Source: a virus (taxonomy: Duplodnaviria > Caudoviricetes). Taken from it: DNA of 27,740 nt. Below are positions 1-8,587 of this stretch, piece by piece. The position numbers and the translations under genes were made by a program. The notes below the pieces were generated by a model. That model did no database searches. It saw only the letters and a program-made list of their open reading frames with translations, and had not been told where the DNA came from. The DNA lies in IMG/VR virus record IMGVR_UViG_3300006076_000419, positions 1 through 27,740 of that record. One strand, 5' to 3'. Each line of letters starts with the position of its first letter. Positions within the stretch are counted from its first letter, which is position 1.

Positions 1-2
1 GC

Positions 3-86
3 GTCGAGGTCAACGAGAAGGAATCCGAACTGGGCCGCGAAGGCATCACCAGCTTCGCCTTCCGCCGCTACGGTGACCAGCCATGA
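3..86 (+). CDS. 3' end of an upstream phage gene (partial, ...VEVNEKESELGREGITSFAFRRYGDQP*), function unknown
   Basis: Open frame from the window edge ending in TGA that overlaps the next ATG (ATGA at 83-86). Confidence 0.55.
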   Translation, partial: VEVNEKESELGREGITSFAFRRYGDQP

Positions 87-406
87 CTACCGAAGTGATC
101 GGCCTGCCAGGCGTCGAAGACCTGAAGCGGCACCTGCGCATTCGCCACAACCTGGACGATGCCGACCTCGAAGAGAAGCTGGGCGCCGCCGTTGACACCG
201 CCAGCCAGTTCATCAACCGCCCAATCCCCTGGGAGGATGAAGAAGGCGAACCGGTCTCCGTGCCCAACAGCGTGCGCCTTGCCATCCTGATTATCGCGGC
301 TGAGCTCTACGCCAACCGCGAGGAGTCTGTGGTGGGCGTCACCTACAGCAAAATCCCCAAGGCCGAAAACATGCTGCACTTCTACCGCGTAGGGCTTGGG
401 ATATGA
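83..406 (+). CDS. Head-tail connector protein (HK97 gp6-like)
   Basis: 107 aa; LKRHLRI...DD..L...A.D.ASQFINR...P.SVRLAILIIAAELYANRE pattern typical of gp6 connectors. Confidence 0.88.
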   Translation: MTTEVIGLPGVEDLKRHLRIRHNLDDADLEEKLGAAVDTASQFINRPIPWEDEEGEPVSVPNSVRLAILIIAAELYANREESVVGVTYSKIPKAENMLHFYRVGLGI

Positions 407-954
407 GGGCCGGCCGACTGGATACCCCGGCCGAGATGCTCGAGCTTCAGCAGGATCTGACCGTGCGGTGCCTGGACTGGCTGTGGTTCAGCATCAACAG
501 CAAGGAAAGCGCCGATGTTCCGGCCCATACGGGTCTGCGCTCACCTGCCAAGGTTGCTGTACGCGGATGGTGGGACGAACGCTTGCGTGCCGGTCGCTAC
601 CTGCGCAGCGATGCTCGGCTGTTCCTGATCGACGACGTGCGGGACTTCACCGGCCAGCGTGCCGAGGTGGCCATCACCTGCAGCGAGCTCGTCGGCCAGC
701 CTGCGCAGTACCTGCCCGCCGATGGCGTGCCGCGGTGCTGCCGGGTGCACCTGACGCATGAAGCGCCTTACCGCGATGAGCTGGGCCAGGTGGTGAGCTA
801 TATGACGCGGGCTGAGGTGGCGATTATCGAAGTAGGGCGCCCGCAGGCTGGCGACCGGCTGCGCGTAGAGGGCGACCTGTATGTGGTGGCCAACTACGCA
901 GACGATACCGACGACGGGGTGGTGAGGGGCTTATGGCTGCAACCAGTGGAGTGA
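403..954 (+). CDS. Head-tail adaptor/closure protein with C-terminal extension
   Basis: MRAGRLDTP start characteristic of head-closure proteins; ATGA overlap with connector; position. Confidence 0.7.
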   Translation: MRAGRLDTPAEMLELQQDLTVRCLDWLWFSINSKESADVPAHTGLRSPAKVAVRGWWDERLRAGRYLRSDARLFLIDDVRDFTGQRAEVAITCSELVGQPAQYLPADGVPRCCRVHLTHEAPYRDELGQVVSYMTRAEVAIIEVGRPQAGDRLRVEGDLYVVANYADDTDDGVVRGLWLQPVE

Positions 955-956
955 AC

Positions 957-1541
957 ATGAATGTTCGCCTGGTAGGTCGTGAGCTGGCTCAGGCTCGGCT
1001 GGCGGCCATCGGTCGTAGCGTTGAGCCGGTCGCGCGCGGGGCCGTGAACACGACCGCTACTCGTAGCCGCGCCGAGCGCTATGTGAAGCCGCTGGCCGGC
1101 ACCATCGCCGCGCCGCGCCTGCGCCGTGCGCTGAGGGTGAAACGGGCGAACAGTCGGCGCATGGATGCCCGGATCATTCCGTCGAGCTCTGGCGTGCTGG
1201 TGGTGAACTACCGCCAGTGGGGCTTCGATGTCATCGACGCCACGCGCGCCCGAATCTGGGTAGCTGGGCCGAGCGGCAAGAAGATCGCCGCCGGCTTCGT
1301 GAACCCTTCCAGCCGGCAGAGGCTGCCGCTGAGTACGCGCAGCGGCAAGACCGTGCAGAACAAGGCGGGTGGCCAGCGCACCTATGCCTACCAGCGCGCC
1401 CTGCAGCTGGCCCAGGGTCCGAGCGTGGCCTACTGGTTCCGGCAGTTCACGGACGCCGGAACCATCCGCTGGACCAACATCTTTCTGCAGCAAGAGTTCG
1501 AGCGCCGCATTCGGCGCGAGATCGCCAAATACAGCAGGTAA
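957..1541 (+). CDS. Tail completion/minor tail protein (lambda gpZ-like), basic
   Basis: Arg-rich ~194 aa with 'RGAVNTTATRSR' helix; position between adaptor and terminator; start inferred (ATG 957 or GTG 951). Confidence 0.6.
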   Translation: MNVRLVGRELAQARLAAIGRSVEPVARGAVNTTATRSRAERYVKPLAGTIAAPRLRRALRVKRANSRRMDARIIPSSSGVLVVNYRQWGFDVIDATRARIWVAGPSGKKIAAGFVNPSSRQRLPLSTRSGKTVQNKAGGQRTYAYQRALQLAQGPSVAYWFRQFTDAGTIRWTNIFLQQEFERRIRREIAKYSR

Positions 1542-1544
1542 CCC

Positions 1545-1991
1545 ATGGCCCTATTCCCCAACGTGGCCGCTGTGACAGCGGCCGCGCAGGAGCGGCTTGA
1601 ACTGATCAAGCCGAATTCAGGCTTCTACACCGACGTGAAGTCCGTACTCGCTGCGCCGAAGGTTGCCACCGACAAGACGCCGAAGCCCTTTGTGCTGCTG
1701 ATCGGCGGTGCTGATCGCCGCCTTGATCTGGCCGGCCAGCAAGGTCTTCGCGTGCGCGAGTACGAAATCGAAGGCGTGTTCAGCGCCACAGCCACCGAGC
1801 AGGACATGGCCAACTTCCACGTCGATGTGCTGCGTGCCTTCGGCATTGGCCAGGATCTGCCCGAACGCAAATTCCCCGGCCTGCTCGATGAGGAAGGCGA
1901 CGAAGCCGAATACCGCTGGGCAGTGAAAGGCGAAACCACACAAAGCATCACCATCCGTCTGGGTATCCAGTACGTCCAGACCTATAACTGA
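1545..1991 (+). CDS. Putative tail terminator protein
   Basis: 148 aa directly before tail tube; 'LELIKPNSGFYTDV' N-terminus; assignment mainly from synteny. Confidence 0.55.
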   Translation: MALFPNVAAVTAAAQERLELIKPNSGFYTDVKSVLAAPKVATDKTPKPFVLLIGGADRRLDLAGQQGLRVREYEIEGVFSATATEQDMANFHVDVLRAFGIGQDLPERKFPGLLDEEGDEAEYRWAVKGETTQSITIRLGIQYVQTYN

Positions 1992-2014
1992 CGGCCGCCG
2001 GCCAGGAGAAACCC

Positions 2015-2800
2015 ATGCTGCATACCCAACTGTTCCGCGGCACGACCAAGGTTGCGCCGTATCCCTCTCGCGCGTTCGAATCGCTGTTCAAACTGCAGAA
2101 CGTGACCATCGAGCCGGAGACGACCGAGATCACCATTCAAGACCCGGAGCGCATTGGCCTGCCTGAGCTTGATGGTGTGACATCCACCACGGCGCTCAAC
2201 TGCACTGGCGAGGCCGTGAACTTCAGCCCGGCTGCTGCAGCGGTGATCCTCTACGGCTCTACCGAGCGCGTGCCCAGCGGCACCGTCTCCGGTGAAGAGC
2301 ACGACGCCCACGTCGACCGCACCATCAAGCTGACCCACATGCCCCTGGTGGTCAGTGCTGTAACCGGCGCTGGCGGCACGCCGACCTATGAGCGCGGTGT
2401 TGACTATGCCGTGACGCCCAGTGGTATTCACGTGCTGCCGGGTGGCCAGTTGGCTGCCGCCATCAACGCGACCGTGGCGCCGGTCGGTGGCGGGTTGAAA
2501 AGCCTGCCAATCGAGGTGGATTACACCTATCCGACCGTGGATGTGGTCAACCCGTTCGTGACCGGTCGCAAGTTCTACCGCGTGCTGTTCGAGCAGGTGA
2601 ACGAAGCCGGCGATGGCGAGAAACGCGTCACTGAAGCCTACTACGTGCGCATCAGCCTGAACGGTGGCCTGCCGCTGAACCAGGGCGCTGAGTTCGGCGT
2701 GATCCCGGTGCAGCTGCGCATGCTGCCAGACCCGAACATCTTCGATGCTGGCGAGGCAGCTATTTTCCGCATGGAAGTGCAGAACACCGACGTGGTGTAA
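2015..2800 (+). CDS. Major tail (tube) protein
   Basis: 261 aa, AGGAG RBS, beta-rich, located before chaperone and tape measure. Confidence 0.7.
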   Translation: MLHTQLFRGTTKVAPYPSRAFESLFKLQNVTIEPETTEITIQDPERIGLPELDGVTSTTALNCTGEAVNFSPAAAAVILYGSTERVPSGTVSGEEHDAHVDRTIKLTHMPLVVSAVTGAGGTPTYERGVDYAVTPSGIHVLPGGQLAAAINATVAPVGGGLKSLPIEVDYTYPTVDVVNPFVTGRKFYRVLFEQVNEAGDGEKRVTEAYYVRISLNGGLPLNQGAEFGVIPVQLRMLPDPNIFDAGEAAIFRMEVQNTDVV

Positions 2801-2805
2801 GGCTG

Positions 2806-2814
2806 TGCTAGATT
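2806..2814 (+). promoter_or_regulatory. Candidate extended -10 promoter (TGcTAGATT) for the moron gene
   Basis: TGn-TAGATT about 30 nt upstream of ATG 2843, followed by GGGAGG RBS. Confidence 0.4.
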
Positions 2815-2842
2815 CCCTATCAGGTAACTGGGAGGGGATCTG

Positions 2843-3268
2843 ATGCGTTTTCTATACCTTGTGATGTTGCTGGTGGTGCCTGCGCTTGCGAGCGCCGCCA
2901 GTGTTGTGAAGTGCGTGGATGCTGCTGGCAAGGTGACTTTCAGCCAGCACGCGTGCCCGAGCCCTGACCATGATGCTGCTGTGGTTTCGGTTAAAAATGC
3001 TCGGCCAAGTGGAGATGGGCCGGCTACTCGCCTTGCTGACCCTTCGCGGCCGGCAGCGGCGCGCAGCCAGGGCCAGACCTACACCGTTGTGGGCGAGCGC
3101 GAGAAGCTGCCGGATGCGCCTATACAGGCTGAGCGGCCGCGCGCGGCGCCCGCTGCTCAAGGGCCTTGCGTGAAGTGGGTTGATCGTCAGGTCAATTCAA
3201 GTCGAGTAACCAAGGACGGCAAGCGCGTTGGGCGCGCAGAAATTATCAAGGTGCCTGTGCCCTGTTGA
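2843..3268 (+). CDS. Exported DUF4124-like protein (moron)
   Basis: Signal peptide ending ASA-A, then 'VVKCVDAAGKVTFSQHACP' DUF4124-type motif; followed by its own terminator. Confidence 0.75.
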   Translation: MRFLYLVMLLVVPALASAASVVKCVDAAGKVTFSQHACPSPDHDAAVVSVKNARPSGDGPATRLADPSRPAAARSQGQTYTVVGEREKLPDAPIQAERPRAAPAAQGPCVKWVDRQVNSSRVTKDGKRVGRAEIIKVPVPC

Positions 3269-3278
3269 TGGGGCTTAC

Positions 3279-3305
3279 AAAAAAACCCGCTTCGGCGGGT
3301 TTTTT
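3279..3305 (+). terminator. Rho-independent terminator, probably bidirectional
   Basis: AAAAAAACCCGC-TTCG-GCGGGTTTTTT. Confidence 0.9.
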
Positions 3306-3321
3306 ATTGCTCGGAGTTTCT

Positions 3322-3684
3322 ATGTCTCAATTGAAGATCCTGTTTCCCGAGCCGGTTGTGGTCGGCCTGGCCGGTCGCCAGGTGCAGATCAAGCCGGTGC
3401 AGCTGCGCGACTTCGAGCGCTTCGGCCGTGCAGCCTGCATCGTGATCGCCATGGGTTCCAGCAAGACCATGGAAGAGCTGTACGCCTACGCGGTAGTAAA
3501 TGGACAACTGCGCGACATACTGCGCACGGCCACCAACCTCTCGCGCTGGCGAATCTGGCGCTTGCCAGCCGCCGCAGCTGTCAGCCTGATGATCGAGGTG
3601 ATCCGGGTGAACGCTGGTTTTTTCGAGAAAGCCCTGGTGGAGGCGGAAAAGGCTCTGGCTGGGGCGAAGTCGCCGGGCGCCTGA
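3322..3684 (+). CDS. Tail assembly chaperone (gpG-like)
   Basis: MSQLKILFPEP..., GGAG RBS; located between tail tube and tape measure. Confidence 0.75.
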   Translation: MSQLKILFPEPVVVGLAGRQVQIKPVQLRDFERFGRAACIVIAMGSSKTMEELYAYAVVNGQLRDILRTATNLSRWRIWRLPAAAAVSLMIEVIRVNAGFFEKALVEAEKALAGAKSPGA

Positions 3685-3860
3685 TCGCCGCCGGTCACAG
3701 GCTGGGGGATGTGCAGAGCTACACGCTGGCGCAACTTGAGATGTTCTCGGATGTGCTGGATAGCGAAGAGCGGCGCCGGGCGCGGCTTGCGCTGATCGTG
3801 GCGCGTGGCGCCAAGGGCAAGCCGGAATCGTTCCGTAAAATGTTGAGGGAGCTCGGATAA
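3618..3860 (+). CDS. -1 frameshift extension of the chaperone (gpGT-like C-terminal part)
   Basis: Slippery heptamer T TTT TTC at 3618-3624 in correct phase; -1 frame open to TAA 3858-3860, which overlaps the tape-measure ATG. Confidence 0.65.
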   Translation, partial: FFRESPGGGGKGSGWGEVAGRLIAAGHRLGDVQSYTLAQLEMFSDVLDSEERRRARLALIVARGAKGKPESFRKMLRELG

Positions 3861-5884
3861 TGGCCCGCGTAACTACCCAGCTGGTGATCGAAGGGAAGAA
3901 CGCGGCCAAGCCGGCGTTCGACCAGGCGCAGCGGCAGCTGTTCGATCTCGAGTCAGTTAGCAAGAAAGCCGGCGCCGCACTGGCGGGGATGTTCTCCCTT
4001 GGCGTTGTTGCATCCTGGGTAAAAGCCAGCATTAACGCAGCCGATGAGGCGCGCAAGCTGGCTCAGGCGGCCGGCGTTACAACTGAGGCTTTTACTGGCT
4101 TGCAATGGGCGGCCAGCCAATCTGGCGTCAGCACCAACGATCTGTCGACGGCTTTTGCTCGCTTGAACCGCACTGCGGTGCAGGCCGCTAATGGAGGCCA
4201 GGCCCAGGCTGAGTTGTTTCAGCGCCTGGGGGTTTCGGTTGCCGACGCGGCCGGCGCAGTGCGCAGTGGCGACCAGCTGCTGGTTGACTTGGCTGCTCGC
4301 TTCGCCGAACTGCCGGATGGGGCTGAGAAATCGGCCATGGCCATCGAGCTTTTCGGGCGGTCTGGTGCGCGCCTGATTCCTCTGTTGAACTCCGGCGCTG
4401 ACGGTATTGCGGCGCTGGTGGCACAGGCCGAGCGGCTCGGGCTGGTGATCAGCGATACGCAGGCGGCTCAGGCAGAGCAGTTCAATGACTCGCTTTCTAC
4501 GCTTTCAGCGGTTTCTAGTGGGGCTGGCAATACAATTTCCGCTGAGCTGTTGCCAACGCTGAACACGATGACCGGCCTGCTCATCGATGCGTCCGAGGGA
4601 GGCAAGAACGCGACGCTGGCGGCAACGGTGTTGGGCGGTGCGCTGAAGGTGCTGGCTACCGTTGGCATCGCCGTGAGCGCAGCTTTTCGCACTGCCGGTA
4701 ACTCAATCGGGGCATTGGCCGCTGCCGCTTCCGCTGCTGCCTCTGGCGACTTTGCCGGGGCGCGCCAGATCATGGCGGACGCGGCGAAGGATTACGTTGA
4801 TATCAGCAAGGAAGCGGCTGATTCAATCACCAAAATCTGGAATGGCGCTTACGAGGAGCAGGGCTCGCAGGCTGCTAAATCTGCCGCCGATATCCGCAAG
4901 CTTCAGCAGCAGTTGGCTGATGAAGTAAAGGGCTCGAACGAGGCGCTGGCCAAGTCTTACCGACAGATGGTGACTGATGCCCGCAGCCGCTTGCGCGAAC
5001 TTGCTGGCGAAGAGCGGAAAGCGCTGAGCGATATCGAGAAGGTCCGCAAGGATCGGCTTGATATTGAAAAACGCTACGCCGAGGCCATTGCTGGATTCCG
5101 GTCTGGTGGTCAGCAGGGCGCGAGTTTTGGGCAATTTCAAGATGCGCGGCTGGCCGCCCAGGCTGCCCTGCGGGCTGGGGATATTGAAGGTGCCAAGCAG
5201 CAGGCGCAGGCGGCGCTCAGGGTGTTGCAGGAGTTGGCCGCTGCAGGTGAGAACACCTACGGCTTTGATGGCTTCGCCAAGTCGCTGATGGCCATTGAGC
5301 AGGAGGCCAGCAAGCTGGAAGAGAGCCGAGCTGACCAGCGCCTTGCCGGAATCCGCGAGCAGATCGATGCGCTGAACAAGGATTTCGACAAGATCCGCGA
5401 TGTGAAGGTCGATCCGACGCTCAGCGAAGAGGCCAAGCAGAAGTTGATTGCCGATATGCAGCAGCTGGCGGCGCAGCTTGGGCAGATCCTGACTTTGACG
5501 GCCACGGTGAGCACGAGCGTCAGCGACGCTCCGGTGCCTGCTACGCCTCAGTTTGCCACCGGTGGTCCTGTACGCGGCCCGGGCAGCGGCACCAGTGACA
5601 GCATTCTTGCCCGTCTATCCAACGGTGAGTACGTGCTGCGCGCGGCTGCCGTGCAGCGCTATGGCACTGGGCTTCTGGACCAGATGAACGGCCTCGCTAT
5701 TCCGCAGTTTGCCAATGGCGGGGCGGTTGACGCAGCCGCCGCATCAACCCCGGCAATCCCGAACCTTGGCCGGCTGGTTCTTGAGAGCGGCGGCCAGGAA
5801 GTCCCTGTGTTCGTCGAGCAAACCCAAGCCCCCAACATGCGCCGCCTGGCCAGCAAGTTCGGCGGCTCTTCCCGTCGTAAATAG
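3860..5884 (+). CDS. Tail tape measure protein (674 aa)
   Basis: Ala/Gln-rich helical sequence; 'AIELFGRSGARLIPLLN' and C-terminal 'FATGGPVRGPGSGTSDSILARLSNGEYV' motifs. Confidence 0.92.
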   Translation: MARVTTQLVIEGKNAAKPAFDQAQRQLFDLESVSKKAGAALAGMFSLGVVASWVKASINAADEARKLAQAAGVTTEAFTGLQWAASQSGVSTNDLSTAFARLNRTAVQAANGGQAQAELFQRLGVSVADAAGAVRSGDQLLVDLAARFAELPDGAEKSAMAIELFGRSGARLIPLLNSGADGIAALVAQAERLGLVISDTQAAQAEQFNDSLSTLSAVSSGAGNTISAELLPTLNTMTGLLIDASEGGKNATLAATVLGGALKVLATVGIAVSAAFRTAGNSIGALAAAASAAASGDFAGARQIMADAAKDYVDISKEAADSITKIWNGAYEEQGSQAAKSAADIRKLQQQLADEVKGSNEALAKSYRQMVTDARSRLRELAGEERKALSDIEKVRKDRLDIEKRYAEAIAGFRSGGQQGASFGQFQDARLAAQAALRAGDIEGAKQQAQAALRVLQELAAAGENTYGFDGFAKSLMAIEQEASKLEESRADQRLAGIREQIDALNKDFDKIRDVKVDPTLSEEAKQKLIADMQQLAAQLGQILTLTATVSTSVSDAPVPATPQFATGGPVRGPGSGTSDSILARLSNGEYVLRAAAVQRYGTGLLDQMNGLAIPQFANGGAVDAAAASTPAIPNLGRLVLESGGQEVPVFVEQTQAPNMRRLASKFGGSSRRK

Positions 5885-5910
5885 GCCCTCGTTCGAGGGC
5901 CTCACTTTTT
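5883..5910 (+). terminator. Hairpin/terminator after tape measure
   Basis: AGGCCCTCG-TT-CGAGGGCCT followed by CACTTTTT. Confidence 0.55.
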
Positions 5911-5922
5911 CTGGAGCACGCT

Positions 5923-6426
5923 ATGACTGTGGCCGTGATGCTGGGTGGCATTGCGCTGGACAAGCACGCCGGCGCGCCCGAGCAGGCCGAGCAGCCAATC
6001 GGCGGCAGCCGCGTGCTGCGCATGAGCGATGGCGCAGCGGTGAAGCAAACCCACTGGCAGAAAACCAGCGGCACCCTGGCGGGCCGTGGTGTGTACCCGG
6101 CCGGGCTGGATGGGCTCGACTACAGCAACCCGCTGGAGTTGCGGGTAACGCAGCTGATGAGCATGCAGAGCGCTGGCCTGGTGTTCGTGCTGCCCAGCAC
6201 GCCGCGGCCGGATCGCGCGCCCTGGGCGCTTGCTCGTGTTGATGGGCAGTGGCGCCGTACTCCGTGCGCCCTGAACGCTGAAACCAACACCGTAACCGTG
6301 ACTGCCGTGGCCGGCGCCGACCAGTACCGCGTGGACTGGATGCCCGTTTATTCCGTGATGGCCGAGCGGCCAGCTCGCTCACAGAACGGCTCGTTCGATT
6401 GGTCCATCACCTGGGAAGAGGTGTAA
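5923..6426 (+). CDS. Putative distal tail protein
   Basis: 167 aa right after tape measure, GGAG RBS, ends 'WSITWEEV'; synteny. Confidence 0.55.
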   Translation: MTVAVMLGGIALDKHAGAPEQAEQPIGGSRVLRMSDGAAVKQTHWQKTSGTLAGRGVYPAGLDGLDYSNPLELRVTQLMSMQSAGLVFVLPSTPRPDRAPWALARVDGQWRRTPCALNAETNTVTVTAVAGADQYRVDWMPVYSVMAERPARSQNGSFDWSITWEEV

Positions 6427-6429
6427 CCC

Positions 6430-8133
6430 ATGCTGATCGGAGCTCAGCCGCTGGCCAGCGGCCCGCTTGCTGTCGCCCTGGGTTCGGCCTATGAGCCGGA
6501 GTATGTGTCGCGCGGGCAGGCGTTCAACTGGCGCGTGCGCGTGGTGGTGGGTGGCATCGACATGACTGCCCAACTGACCGGAACGCTGGATGTCGACCGG
6601 GAAGAGGGGGCGGCCGGCGTTGCCGGTTTTAGCCTCTACATGCCCCCGGGCACGCCCGTTGTGCCCAATGCCTGGACGGGGCGCACGGTTGTGATCGATT
6701 ACATCAGCCGTAACCGCGATGGCGTCGTGACCGAGGCGCGGTTGTACACCGGACGCCTGGAGATGCCCGCGTGGGACCCCACGAGCCGTGTGCTGAGTTG
6801 CGATTGCAGCGACCAGCTGCAGCAGCGCGTAGAGGCGATGAGCATCGCCGAAATCGACGCGCTCATCCCCGGCGCCAGTTGGTCGGCTGATGTGTTTGAA
6901 CCCGTTGATGGCCGATCACGCTGGGACTACGCCACAGAGCGCCTGAGCAGCGTCCCGGCCAGTCTCGACGCGAGCGCTGAAGGCCAGCTTAGGCTGACGC
7001 CGTGGGCTGCTCAGGCCACGCCGCACTATATTTTTGGCCTCGGCCACACGCTCTATAACAGCGTTGAAATCGAACTGCAGGCCTATAGCGAGGCGGTCAA
7101 CTACGTTGAGGTGACGCTCGATTATCGCTACAGCCGTTTGTGGCAGCTGAGCCAGTTGTTTGCGTGGACTCACGAGGGTATGGGCGGTTTCGTAGGCATT
7201 CAGGGGTTCTGCCAGTGGCGGCTCGACTCGACCGAGCTGCCTACGACCGAAATGGTTGAAGGCGCGATCACAGGAGCGGGCCTTGCCCTAGTGTCGTTCG
7301 GTGGGTTCGAGCTGCCGCCGACAATGGCCAACCCCTGCGGCGATGGTTCCCCGTGGATCAATACCAACCGGGGGCTCTGGCTGAGCGTCACCGCGAGGGG
7401 GGCGGTACGCTGGGTGCAGACGGTTACAGAAAGGTACCGGCTAGAGCTGTTCACGCCGGCTGGGGCTGATGAGAGTGCGCGGGTGATCAGCCGCGAATCT
7501 GCCAGTTTCGAGATTGAGAGCGACCGCGCCGAGCGCTGGGAGAGCGAGCGCCCAGGGGCGTCCTCAATGAGAGAGAACGTGATCGATGAAGTGCGTCGGA
7601 CCGGGGCGCTGAACTGCCTGCTCAATCGCGGGAGCACCACGCTCATCAGCGCGGCCAGGGCTACAACGCTGACCTGGCAGATTCCGACGGACATGGCGCT
7701 CGATATTGACCTGCAGCACACGTTGGAGCTCGCTGACCGAGCGCAGGCTAAGGGCAAATGCCGGCGCATCCAGCATCAGATTGACCTGGGCGCTGGTGTC
7801 GCAACCACTGCGCTCAGCATCGCGCTGATGCACGGCGGCGGCGTGAGTGACCCGCTGACAGTGCCTGCAGCGCCGGACACTGAGTTGCCGCCCATTTCGT
7901 CGTCTGGCGGCGGCCTCGGCACGCATATCGGTGGCCGGCCTACTTCGCCAGAGTACGACGAATCGTGGCTGGGTTTCACCGGTAACTATTCGACGATCAG
8001 CGGCGGCAACACTTACCCCCGGCAGTTCAAGGCCCGCGGCCGCGACATTCCGGCAGAGTATCGCGACGAGGCTACAGCGACAGCCGAGCGTGCCTACCGC
8101 ATTGGGGTTCCGAACGACCCACTGGAGTTGTGA
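6430..8133 (+). CDS. Putative tail tip hub (baseplate hub/Tal-like) protein
   Basis: 567 aa after Dit-like gene; synteny. Confidence 0.55.
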   Translation: MLIGAQPLASGPLAVALGSAYEPEYVSRGQAFNWRVRVVVGGIDMTAQLTGTLDVDREEGAAGVAGFSLYMPPGTPVVPNAWTGRTVVIDYISRNRDGVVTEARLYTGRLEMPAWDPTSRVLSCDCSDQLQQRVEAMSIAEIDALIPGASWSADVFEPVDGRSRWDYATERLSSVPASLDASAEGQLRLTPWAAQATPHYIFGLGHTLYNSVEIELQAYSEAVNYVEVTLDYRYSRLWQLSQLFAWTHEGMGGFVGIQGFCQWRLDSTELPTTEMVEGAITGAGLALVSFGGFELPPTMANPCGDGSPWINTNRGLWLSVTARGAVRWVQTVTERYRLELFTPAGADESARVISRESASFEIESDRAERWESERPGASSMRENVIDEVRRTGALNCLLNRGSTTLISAARATTLTWQIPTDMALDIDLQHTLELADRAQAKGKCRRIQHQIDLGAGVATTALSIALMHGGGVSDPLTVPAAPDTELPPISSSGGGLGTHIGGRPTSPEYDESWLGFTGNYSTISGGNTYPRQFKARGRDIPAEYRDEATATAERAYRIGVPNDPLEL

Positions 8134-8134
8134 C

Positions 8135-8587
8135 ATGGCGACGAACGAAGAGAAGCGCCGGGCGATTGGATCGAACAACGAAGCCGCGCGCCGTGCTATC
8201 GGCACGAACAACGAAGCCGCCCGCCGGAGGATCGGCAGCGACATGATAGAGCGCCGCACCGGCCGCGCCCAGGTCGATGACATCAACGCGCTGGTCAACC
8301 AGCCTCGCCAGCGGCGCACGCTGCCGGCAGTTGCACCGCGCGGCGGTGTGCCGGCGCAAACCGGCACCGGCAACTACACGGCGCCGCCTGCTGGTGCAGG
8401 AGGCGGGATCGCGGGGCCATTGGTGGAGGTATCCGGCAGCCGCGAGTACTTCGCCAATAAAACCCAGTTTTACACCAGCGATTTCCTGTTCGTGGTCGAG
8501 ATTCAGCCATTGCGGCGGATGACGATGATGGATGCCAATGGCGCCGAGGTGCCCTTCGAGTACAGGGAGCCCCCGACCGATGTTTGA
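8135..8587 (+). CDS. Phage tail-region protein with N-terminal 11-aa repeats
   Basis: ATG 8135 after GGAG; NEEKRRAIG/NNEAARRAIG/NNEAARRRIG. Confidence 0.7.
   Translation: MATNEEKRRAIGSNNEAARRAIGTNNEAARRRIGSDMIERRTGRAQVDDINALVNQPRQRRTLPAVAPRGGVPAQTGTGNYTAPPAGAGGGIAGPLVEVSGSREYFANKTQFYTSDFLFVVEIQPLRRMTMMDANGAEVPFEYREPPTDV
8143..8236 (+). repeat. Degenerate ~33-nt coding tandem repeat (about 3 units)
   Basis: CGAACAACGAAGCCGC at 8172-8187 and 8205-8220. Confidence 0.75.

Noticed and set aside
3228-3617. 210-aa ORF 3228-3860 as a standalone gene
   Set aside because: It runs across a terminator and overlaps the chaperone; only the part after the slippery site is plausible
8143-8236. 33-nt periodic repeat as a CRISPR array
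   Set aside because: In-frame degenerate coding repeat with no spacers of CRISPR length and no cas genes
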